DNA of 64,000 nt from Octopus bimaculoides (taxonomy: Eukaryota), in the NCBI RefSeq assembly GCF_001194135.2, contig NC_069000.1, forward strand, positions 14,294,456 to 14,358,455. Direction: 5' to 3'. Shown piece by piece: positions 53,030-64,000 of the stretch. The notes under the pieces were generated by a model that worked only from the letters and a program-made list of their open reading frames with translations, made no database searches and had not been told where the DNA came from. The first letter of the stretch is position 1. The number at the start of each line of letters is the position of its first letter. Both the position numbers and the translations under genes were made by a program.

Positions 53030-53604
53030 TTAAGCCTTGATTGTTTAAACTGGCTTTATTCAGCCCAAAATATTCTACCTGTTTTATGTTCAAACCAGCC
53101 TCTCATACTAACCATACAATGCCATTCTAATAATAAAGAAACACATCATCATTTAACGTCCGTTGTCCATGCTGGCATGGGTTGGATGGTTTGACCAGGG
53201 CTGGCAAGCTGCACCAGACTCTGATTTGGCAGGGTTTCTACAGCAGGATGCCCTTCCTAACACCAACTACTTTACAGAGTGTGCTGGGTGTTTTTACATG
53301 ACACCACATGGGCACTTTTATGTGACACCACACAGGCACTTTTATGTGGCACTGTACGGGTGCTTTTACATGGCACTGCCACAAGTGGTTTACATCGCCA
53401 GGGTACGGGTCTTCTTGAGCATGACTAGGTGCCAGGTATTTTGGTCCTTTATCATCTCACCTGAAAGGTTCAGCTTCTTGAGGTCATTCTTCAGTATTGA
53501 AATCACTGAAATCTCAAAACTGTGAGATGATGCATGATTAATTCAAAACAATGTGAATGAATAAACATTACATTTGACAGAGTAATCTGAATGCTAAAGG
53601 GTTA
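53030..53604. mobile_element. piggyBac-like MITE interrupted by a minus-strand RTE fragment (about 53143-53490)
   Basis: Flanks match the 45225 MITE; the insert encodes KNDLKKLNLSGEMIKDQNTWHLVMLKKTR on the - strand. Confidence 0.7.
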
Positions 53605-53789
53605 TGAGTGAGCCCTAGAAATGACTGCTCTGAACAACTCCTCTAAAAAAAGAACACTGGAAAATTGGAGAGATGTAAATAGCAAAATTTTATGAATCAA
53701 GTGAAGTTCTGATTCCTGAATAACTAAAAGGAAACTCTTTGCATAATAAAGCCATATACAAAAATAACTTTGTAGTCTATCCATAATGC

Positions 53790-54249
53790 AGGGTCAGATT
53801 AAGGAATTTCATTTTGAAATAAGAGGAGAGTTGATTCTTTGGTGAAAATGCATTCGTTTACCGAGTTTGGTTTAAATCGGCTCAATGGTTCCGGCACTAT
53901 AGCCTGCTTTAAAGGCATTTTTGAGTTGGTTTTTCCCATGCTGTGCTCAAATGAAATGGAATTTGAAAAAAATAATAATGAAACGAAAAACCTTGGATAA
54001 GAATGCATAAGTATGTCAAGTTTGATCATAATCGGATGACTTCTTGGAAAAGTTGATAATTATCGATCGAGTTTTTGCGAAAACCGCACATTGATGGAAG
54101 CAGTTGTTATGACTAAAACATGCCTTGGAACATACCAAATGCATGTCTGAAATTTCAATTGAATTGGTTAGGTGGAACTTGAGTTATAAACCTTTGAACT
54201 TGCACACACACACACATACACAGACAGTTTCTGTTTTATATATATAGAT
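53790..54249 (+). mobile_element. Possible Helentron/DINE-1-like non-autonomous element
   Basis: Three degenerate aagtttg..aatcgg-type units, (ca)n-cagacag, terminal ttttatatatatagat. Confidence 0.4.
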
Positions 54250-54934
54250 AAAAACAACAACAACGACAATAATAATAATGGTTTAAAATTTTAGCACAGG
54301 GCCAGCAAGTTCCAGGGAAGGGGTAAGTCGATTGTATCAACCCTAGTGCTCCACTGGTGCTTGCTTTATTGATCCCACAAAAGGATGAAAGGCAAAGTCA
54401 ACTTCAGCAGAATTTGGACGCAGAATGTGAAGATGGTTTGGGGTTCTATCCTACAGCACAGCATCTTGAGTAAGTTGTCTTCTACTGTAGAAGACACTCA
54501 CTCACAAAACTGAGCTTTGAACTACCAAATTCACTCACAAGCCCAGTCGTGTGTGTGTGTGTGTGTGTGTAAGCAATTGGTATGTGTGAGTGAGTGAATG
54601 TGAGAGTGTGCATTGTATTTGTTTGAGTGCATCTGTGTGTTTATCTCTCTCTTGAACTTGTCTTTATGAGACTGCTTGCAACCAGCGTCTGTTTCTCATC
54701 TCTATTTTTAGTTATGTATTCAGCAAAATAGAAGCAGATAGAATAAGCAGCAGACTTTAAAATAAGTTACTGAGATTAATTTGATTGATTAAAAAAAAAA
54801 AGCCCTTCAAAATGGTTCTGCTGTATGGCTTTGATCCAATGACTGAAATCAGTAATATATTAGCAAATGCAACAGATTAAGACATTGCCATGGCTTTAAA
54901 CAGGTATTCTGCAATGAAATGAATACACACACAC

Positions 54935-54971
<37 letters not shown>

Positions 54972-55267
54972 AACAAATGCCCATTCATGCTAGTATGAAT
55001 TCATAATGGAAAAGCAGGAAAAGCTGGAACGGTAACTGCCTAAACTAGAATGTACACTTGAAAAATACAGCAATAATTTTGAACTTAACAATGGAAATAT
55101 TTGATAAAAGAACATGAAAAACCAGTAACTTATAGCAACATATTGTAAAAATGTAATAAGAACACACACACACACACGTTTGTTTTTATGTTGCGTTATA
55201 ATAAAAACAATTTTACATTGAGCTGAAAGATCACTCAATACTTTTAATACAGTACTTATCTATCATA

Positions 55268-55385
55268 TTTTTACAAGACCGGTTAACAGTGACTTTGGAG
55301 TTTCAACCAGTTAGCCTTCATCAGATTTCCTGAAAGATAGCAAGTCTAAACTTCAAAATCACTTTTACCACTCTTCTTGTAAAAG
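55268..55385. other. 118-bp palindromic element, same family
   Basis: Similar ends (ttttacaag / cttgtaaaag); the - strand reads CTGATGA-AGGCTAACTGGTT-GAAAC-TCCAAA-GTC-ACTGT. Confidence 0.6.
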
Positions 55386-55769
55386 TATAATAAATCAAAG
55401 AAATTTGCTTCCCAACTTCATGGTTCTGGGTTCAGTCCAACTGTATGACACCTTGGGCAAGTGTCTTCTACTATAACTTCAGGCCAAACAAAGTCTCCTG
55501 GATGGATTTGGTAGACAGAAACTGAAAGAACCTATCATATGTGTATGTCTATGTATGTGCGTGTGTGCATGTTTGTGTCTCTTGTAAAATGTATGTTGCT
55601 GTTATACAAGCAACATTTTTCCAGTATTGTGCGAAAACATATCCGATGATGAGGAAACATTTACCTTGCTTGGAAACCGGAGAGGGCTGGCTTCAGGAAG
55701 GATATCCGGGAATAGAAAATCTGTCTCAATTAACTCCATTCGATGCATGCCAGCATGGAAAAGTGGACA

Positions 55770-55858
<89 letters not shown>

Positions 55859-58046
55859 GAGCGTGAGAAAAGTATGTGATGTGTGTGTCAAATTGGTTTT
55901 AAAGTTTCTTTTTAAATGTAAATGAAATCCGCCTTCGTAATAGTTTCTAAATAGTCGTCCATTAGATATTCATACAACATAAACATACTACATAAGGGTA
56001 CTGATATGATACAACTAATATTGATTACACTGGAATATACTTCCTTCTAGGACAAAATTTTGTCTGCCATATTATGGAGGAACACAGGGAGAAGTACGTA
56101 AACTACTAAGATATGAAATGCACTGAATAATTTCTAGATAGAAGAGCAGAAATAAACAAACAAATATTAATCCTTATAAAACAGGGATTATTTCACAGGC
56201 TGTCGTTTTAATATTAACCATAGTGCTAGGTACTGATTAAGCTTGTTGTGTTAGTATGCTATACCATAAATAATTATAAATAAGTATTAAGGAATCCGAT
56301 CATATAACTACAAAGTGTTAACAACAGGCTGATGTAATTAATTAAAAATTACTGATGACTCCTCAGTGGTAAACAGATTTGACAACTAACTAATTGGTTT
56401 GTTCCTGAAGAGAACTAGTGACTATGGAATTATTTAGTATTAATAATAAGTGACATGGAATTATATCAAATACAAAAATATAGTTTACTAATACCCATTT
56501 TGAATCATGTAAATCACAAACATTGATTAGTATTAAGCAAAAAATATTTCAGAGATACAAATATCTTTTCATCTTTTACTTGATTCAGTCACTGGACTGC
56601 AGCCATGCTGGGGCAACACCTTAAATGGTTTTAGTAGAACAAATTTACACCGCAACTTGTTTTATTTTTTTTGCTTTTGTTTCTTTTATTTATTTAAGCC
56701 TGGTAGTAATTGTACTGATCTCTTATGTCAAACTGTTAAGTTATAGGGGACAAATACAAAGACAAACACACATAGGGGTTCATGTGGAACCATTAATTCC
56801 GGCACATTCTTTTCTCTCTCTCCCCATTTTTATCCTTCTCGTTCCTTTCTGTCGAAGAGCATAGGCTCGAAATGTCAAAGACTTTTCCATTTTTTCCCCA
56901 GTGTCAAACTAGTATGCCTGCTTGTTGTTCCCTCATCTGTCTCTGTCAACTGTTTTCTGTACATTTGAACCATATCATAATCCTCCTCCTCATCATCATC
57001 ACCATTTAACGTCCTTTGTTCATGCTAGCATGGGTTGGGCTGTTTGACCAGAGCTGGCATGCTGGAAGGCTGCACCAGACTCCAGTCTGATTTGGTATGG
57101 TTTCTATGACTGGATGCCCTTCCTAATGCAAACCACTTTACAGAGTGTTCTGGGTGCTGCTATGTCGCACCATACGAGTGCTTTTACATGATACCACACA
57201 GACACTTTTACAAGGCACCACAAAGGTGCTTTTACATGCCACCACCATGTATACAAAGACAAAAGTTACCTTCTGAGGCACAAGACCAGGTAAGGTTGTT
57301 TATGGAAGACCAGCAGTTGCTCAAGCATACCAGCCTCCCCACTCCATGCTGCCAATGTTATCCAAGGGAAAGGCAAAGGGGCCGATACAGCCTGGCACCT
57401 GTGACGTTGCAACTCATTTCTACAGCTGAGTGAACTGGAGCAACATGAAATAAAGTGTCTTGCTCAAGAACACAACACACAACCAGAAGGATCGATCTTC
57501 ACACTTCTGCTGCAGGGTGCAGGCCTTCCTGAGTACAGCCAGACACCAAGTGTCTCAATCCTTTGTCATATATATATATGACAGGTGTCTTTCAGCTTCT
57601 GACTACCAGATCCACTCATAAGGCTTTAATTGGCCTGAGGGTGTAGGAGAAGACACTTGTCTAAGGTGCCACACGGTGGAACTGAACCTGGAATCACGTG
57701 ATTGAGAAGTAAACTTCTCACAACATAGCTCCGCCTAATTTATAAAAATTTATTTACTAGCAATTACCGATAACATTTAAAATGAAATAAATAACAGAAT
57801 GTCAATGTTAAATGAAACAAACTTGACAAACGAATAGGTAGATTATCAATAATTAAGTAGATTAGATTATTCATATATACAGGTGTGGTTATGTGGATAA
57901 GAAGCTTGCTTCTCAACTATGTGGTCTTGGGTTCAGTTTCACTGCACAACCCCTTGGGCAGGTGTTTTCTACTATAGCCCCAGGCCAACCAAAACCTTGT
58001 TACAGGATTTGGTAATTTGGCAGACAGAAACTGTGTGGAAGCCTGT

Positions 58047-58081
<35 letters not shown>

Positions 58082-59183
58082 GTGTTTGTGTTGTGTTTTT
58101 CCCTCATCACTGCTTGACAATGGTGTTGGTTTGTTGACATCCATGTAACTTAGCATTTCTACAAAAGAGACCCGGCTTAAAAAATAAGTACTGGGGGCGA
58201 TTTGTTCACCTAAACCCTTCAGAATGGTGCCTGCTCTAGCAAGTAAAAAGAACAATAAAAGGTATAAGGCTAAACATGTTGGGGGTCTTCTTTAATGAAT
58301 TTCAATGATGAAAGAGAACAAGTATCTTGTAAGAAATCTTTCGATGAGTATTGACTTAAAATTAGCTCGGTGACGCTCGAGTCATTCACGGTATGTTTAT
58401 GAGAAATCCTGGCAAAGACTGTAATGAATCAATAACTAATCATTAAAAAGATTTTTTGGAAGCTACCAAGGTTGTTAAGGAAAGGATAAAATGTGACAGA
58501 CAAATTGTTGGAACACTGTGAGAGAGAGAGAGAGAGAGAATAATTAATGATAGATATAGTGAGTATTAGAGATAAGCTCCCAGCAGACTGAGCATGAATG
58601 AAGTTCTTGTTTTAATTCCTAACCTGTTTTCGTAGCAATTTGAATTTAGTTATGTCTGTAAGACAGACATAAACATTATTAATATTATATATTTTTACTA
58701 ACCTATAAATGAGTACTCATGTTCCTAGATAAGAAATCAATAATTAACAACAGGTTTTAACTACTGAACACTTGATAGTTTATTCATTAAAAAAAACCTC
58801 TTATTTTCATTAACTTTTAGTACACTCCACTTTAACAATGCCTGTGCCAGGTCCATGACAGAGCCAGCCATAATCCCTATACGAGTGAATAGTGAGTAAG
58901 AATAAGGTTGGTGTCACGTGACTGGCGAAATGAGCAGAGAAAGTGTAGGGTTGCGAGATCCTTTTAAACTTGTCGTGCTGAGATCTATTCAACTTCTCTG
59001 GTGATGGTGCCACAAGAAAATGCACCCAGTACACTTTGTAAACTGGTTGGCAATAGGAAGGGCATCCAACCATAGAAATCAAATGTACAAGCACCAGCAT
59101 TTAGAAGCAGTAGCTCCCAATAAGAAATGATTCAGATGATGATGCAGCATCCAACCTGTGCCATCATGGAAAGCAGACATTAA

Positions 59184-59215
<32 letters not shown>

Positions 59216-59479
59216 GGACATGATAGTGATGGTGTTGAAGATGAGTTTTATTCACTTCTAACTATAATAAAATGGTGCTCTTACTCATACAGTAGTAGTT
59301 GTACAACTAACTGTACATGCAAGATATGTGAGTATATGCATATTAATGTGTGGATGGATGGATGGATGGACAGACAGACAGATAGATAGATAGATATGTA
59401 TATATGTACATATGTTTCTTTAAATTAAGTCACTTCAAAAAAATGAAGCCAGTATGCTCCTCAGGATGGGTAATGTCAG

Positions 59480-60110
59480 AGTGTATATATGACAGGGTAT
59501 AAGTGATTTGAGAGAAAAACTGGGTATACAGGGCATCAGATGTAGCGTGCAAGAGAGAAGGCTACGCTGGTATGGTCATGTAATACATATGAATGAAGAC
59601 AGCTGCATCAAGAGGTGCTGATTTCTAATTGTGGTGGGAACTTCTGGAAGGGGTAGATCCAGGAAGACATGGGACAAAGTGGTGAGAAAGAATCTTCAGA
59701 TGTTGGGCCTCACAAAAGGGATGACAGGGGACTGAAACTCCTGGCAGCTTGCTGTACTTGAGAAGACACCTCAAGTTAAGTAAAATCATGGTTGTCCTTG
59801 CATACAGGTATGTCTCCTGCAACCCTCTTCAGCTGAGCATTCCTAATCTTGCAGGCTTGTGGGTACTGGTGCCGTGTAAAAAGCACCTGTACCTACGTCA
59901 CATAAAAACACCTGTGCCACTGCTGTGTAAGTGTACCCAGTACACTCTGTAAAGTGGTTGTCATTATGAATGGCATCCAGCCAGAGAAACCATGCCAAAA
60001 CACATGGAGCCTGAGTACCTCTTCAGCTGATCAGCTCTTATTGAGCTGTCCAACCCATGCCAGCATGGAAAACAGATGTTAAATAATGATGATGATGATG
60101 ATTATGATAA
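59480..60110 (+). mobile_element. 5'-truncated RTE LINE
   Basis: LREKLGIQGIRCSVQERRLRWYGHV...GRGRSRKTWDKVVRK...KTPQVK*, (GAT)n tail. Confidence 0.85.
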
Positions 60111-60956
60111 TACTCATATGGCATAGATGTATGAATAAGTAGTTTGTTTTGGAATCACATGGTTAGGGGTTAGGTCCTATAGCTTGGATAATCCTCTACT
60201 ATAAGTGCAAGTTGAACAATATCTTGTAAGTGAAACTGAAAACGAAAGCAACCTGTTGTATATGTGTGTGCACATGAGTTTGTGTGTTTACATGAGTTTG
60301 TGTGTTTACATGAGTGAGTTACTATTTCCCCTCATTTTCACGTGTTTGCTGATTGTAAACAAATACCTCTCTGTCCATACAAACAGCGTTGATTACTTGC
60401 GGTTCACAGCAAAAGCATGTCTGAGCTTCTTGACATGTCTTGCAATCTTTGTAAATAAAAACCTCATACATTTCTTTTTAATTTCATACATAACCACATT
60501 CAAATTCTTCACTTCTTAATATACTGAAGGATTTAAGCAACAAGCCGGAAGAATCATTACCACACCAGAAAAAAAAAAAAAAAAAAGCTTAGCAACATTT
60601 CTTCTGACTTAATGTTCTGAATTTAAATTTTGCTGAGGTCAACATTGTCTTTCATCCTTTCAGGATTGGTAAAATAAGTACCAGTTGAATACTGGGGTCA
60701 ATGTAATCGATTTACTCTCTCCTCCGAAATTGCTGGCCTTGTGCCAAAATTTGAAACCAATATACAGAAGGGTTATAGTGAATGTGAAGTTGCATGTCTC
60801 AGTGATTAGAGCGTTGGGCTCACAATCATGAGGTAGAGAGTTCGATTCCCAGACTGAGCTGTGTTGTGTTCTTGAGCAAGACACTTTATTTTATGTTCAC
60901 TCCAGTTCACTTGGCTGTAGAAATGAGTTGCAACATCACTGGTGCCAAGCTGTATT

Positions 60957-61677
60957 GGGATCTAGTTCAAAACGGGGGCACCAGTATTTTCTTAACGAAA
61001 CACTTTGAAACTTGGGACACTGGTAGAATGTGTCATATAAAACATCTTTTTCTCTTAGTCTTCTTAAGAAAAATTATTATATTGCAATTTATTTCATGTT
61101 AAAGTTGTCGTATTTCTGTAATTTCAACCAATGACTGACGTCCATTCAGCCGAATACATTAAGTGCTGACTACGTAAACAAACGATTCTCAAACGATTCT
61201 GGCGGTGATAAAATTATTATTTCCTTGTCAAAAAATGGCTGAAGCATATTGGCAGTAGCTAATAAACCTTTCTATTATAGGCACAAGGCCTGGTTTTTGA
61301 GGTTAAGGTTAGGGCAAATGTTGTACACATACAGTTCAGGCAGATGTTAACGAAATTATATTAAAAATAAAACGAAGGAAAACGAACACACGTGTGTTGC
61401 CTCTCTGCAAAATGTCAGAAGTAATGGAGATTAAATACGCTTTACACCACTTAAACTGCCAAAGGAGTAACTGTAAACAGCTGAATACTTGTCAGTGACT
61501 GGTTGAAATTATCGAAATAAGACAATTTTTTTACATGAAATAACTTCGAATACAAAAATTTTTTTCTGTTCTATAACACAAAATAGATAAGTATACGAAG
61601 TTTGAAAGTCTTTCGGTACCAAAAACACTACATAAAACATAAATGAAAACTGGTGCCTCCGTTTTGAACTAGATCCC
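60957..61677. mobile_element. 721-bp non-autonomous DNA transposon with 29-bp TIR and 6-bp TSD, inserted into a SINE
   Basis: TIR GGGATCTAGTTCAAAACGG(G/A)GGCACCAGT, TGTATT duplicated at 60951-60956 and 61678-61683; the host SINE rejoins cleanly when compared with the copy near 57250-57480. Confidence 0.9.
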
Positions 61678-61976
61678 TGTATTGGTCTTTGCGTTTCCCT
61701 TGGATAACATCAGTGGTGTGGAGAGGGAAGGTCGGTATGCATGGGCAACTCCTGGTCTTCCATAAACAACCTTGCCTAGACTTGTGCCTCAGGGGGTAAC
61801 TTTCTAGGAGCAATTCCATGGTCATACATGGCTGAAGGGGGTCTTTACCCATTGGAAACAGGTGAAAGTTGATATCACAAAGGATATCTAGACACAGAAA
61901 ACTCTATCTTAATATGATCTCATCTGACTCATGCAAACAGGGAACAGTAGATGTTAAAAAATTGATGGGAAAAGAT

Positions 61977-62488
61977 TTAAACCCTTTTGAGACTGCTCTT
62001 GGTTCTATGATACAAACTTCCTGTTTCAAAGTGATCTAGATCAGGGGTTTTCAAACTGTGGTCCCTGGACCACTGGGGGTCCGCAAGGACAAGACAGGGG
62101 GTCCGTGGACAGCAAATACTTTTTATGGGCAATTTGATTTTATATATGTTTTTTAATCGAAATCTTTTAATTGACAATAAACCTATTTGTTAAATACTGT
62201 TAAATAAATAAATGTAAAAATATGTTATTTTAAGCAAATATTTATGTATAAATTTCATAAGCGTTTATAAGGGGGTCCCTAAGGTAAAGCCTGAAATATA
62301 AAGGGGTCCGCAAGTCAAAAAGTTTGAAAACCCCTGATCTAGATTAAAATACTGCCATCAAAATTCTAAGTTACTTTCTGTTTCAAATACCAACTTATTA
62401 TGATAGTTATTTTACTAAATTCTTCCTTATTTTCAAAATTATTTCACACAAAGGCATTCAAATAGAAATATTGTAACAAAAGGGTTAA
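61977..62488. mobile_element. Second piggyBac-like MITE family, host of a hAT MITE
   Basis: ttaa(a)ccct ... aaagggttaa. Related fragments near 9270-9590, 10620-11040, 11780-11960, 15290-15510, 44380-44710. Confidence 0.65.
62042..62336. mobile_element. hAT (Charlie-type) MITE
   Basis: TIR CAGGGGTTTTCAAACT / AGTTTGAAAACCCCTG, perfect 8-bp TSD ATCTAGAT (62034-62041, 62337-62344). Confidence 0.93.
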
Positions 62489-62974
62489 TTGTATATTAGT
62501 GTTCAATACTTAAAATTATTATTCCAATTTTTAACACCTGAAAATAAAAATAATTAAAACTTGAGGTCCTTTGGTTCATACTGATCGCTTTTATTGCCCC
62601 CAAGCAAGATTCATTGGAAAACAACTGTCTAGCAAGTTGAAACCTGAACAAGGTTTGAATCTAATATAAACACAGCAAAACACAACTCAACAGTAAGAGG
62701 ATAATAGAAATATATATCAGATGATACATGTGGTAAATACAATAGAAATAAGTACGTAATTAGGAAATAAAGATAGCAGTACGATCTCCTATCAACAAAT
62801 TATTTCATTTTAGGAATTAGTTTATAAGTAATTTTGAAAATATGTAAACAATTCAGGTTTAGGAAAAAAGCAAGACAAGCCTCTTTGCATAACAAAAACA
62901 CATTGATGGAGATATTACAATATAGCATTAATATGCTTTAAGTGCTGTATTTCATAGACACACAACACACAAAC

Positions 62975-63505
62975 ATATATGCATAAATATATACACACAC
63001 ATATGTACATAGACATATATACATATGCATATACATAGACGTATATACACATGCATATACATCGACATATATACACATGGATATACATAGACATATATAC
63101 ACACGCATATACAGACATATAAACATACGCATATACATACATATATACAAATGCATATACAGACATATATACCCACACATATACATATACACACAGACAT
63201 ATATACATATACATACATACATATACACAGACATATATACATATACATACATACATATATACATATACATACATACATATATACATATACATACATACAT
63301 ATATACATATACATACATACATATATACATACATACATATACATACATACATATATACATATACATACATACATATATACATATACATACATACATATAC
63401 ATACATACATATACATACATACATACATATACATACATACATATACATACATACATATACATACATACATATACATACATACATATACATATATATATAT
63501 ATAGA
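62975..63505. repeat. Compound (TACA)/(TA) microsatellite
   Basis: Continuous atacatacatat-type repeats; source of the spurious YMYVC/HIHT ORFs. Confidence 0.95.
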
Positions 63506-63764
63506 GTGTATGGCCAATTAAATGTGGCTGTTCTCTAAGAGATGACGATACCACCATTTAACCCCAGAAACACATCTCCTCCAGTTGGTTGATTCAGTGT
63601 ACACACGTACACACACACACACACACACACACACATGCATGCATACATAATCTCAACTAGGATATATAGCCTGGTGTAGCCACCTGGTTCACCAGTCCTC
63701 AGTCAAATCATCTAACCCATGCTAGCATGGAAAGTGGACGTTAATCGATGATGATGATGATATA

Positions 63765-63818
<54 letters not shown>

Positions 63819-64000
63819 GGATAATATATCTAAAATTGCCAAGCAAGAGCATACATAGTCGCATATTTATACAATTTTAATGCTCTTGCTTGGTAATTTT
63901 CTTATTTCAAAATAAAACTATGCGAGATCAAACTTGGGTTCCTGTAACAGAATTCACTCTGTTGCAAGTATTCATTTCCTGCCATCCCATCCACACAGAC

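Noticed and set aside
62915-63557. 150-200 aa YMYVC/HIHT ORFs
   Set aside because: Translations of a (TACA)n microsatellite.

Overview
AT-rich, repeat-dense eukaryotic DNA with four N-gaps. The SINE, RTE and microsatellite landscape looks like an octopus genome, but that is an inference and not a database match. Two genes can be built by hand, arranged tail-to-tail. (1) Vangl/strabismus on the + strand has two coding exons (16181-17384, 18267-18694), encodes 543 aa and ends in the PDZ-binding motif ETSV. (2) A DIXDC1/Dixin (Ccd1) orthologue on the - strand has 18 phase-consistent exons from 51208 to 30411 (1830 nt, 609 aa plus stop; CH domain, coiled coil, DIX domain); its start exon was not found. 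The rest is tRNA-derived SINEs, 5'-truncated RTE LINE ends, hAT and piggyBac-like MITEs, a Penelope-like RT relic and microsatellites. The most unusual signals are: two ~119-bp palindromes whose arms resemble back-to-back hammerhead ribozymes; a near-identical inverted RTE pair bracketing an in-frame 1074-nt exon block (circRNA/ADAR geometry); a 21-nt microexon; a DIX domain with His at the Dvl2 Y27-equivalent position; and a GG..CC MITE with a 6-bp target duplication. All coordinates were read by eye; repeat boundaries are approximate.
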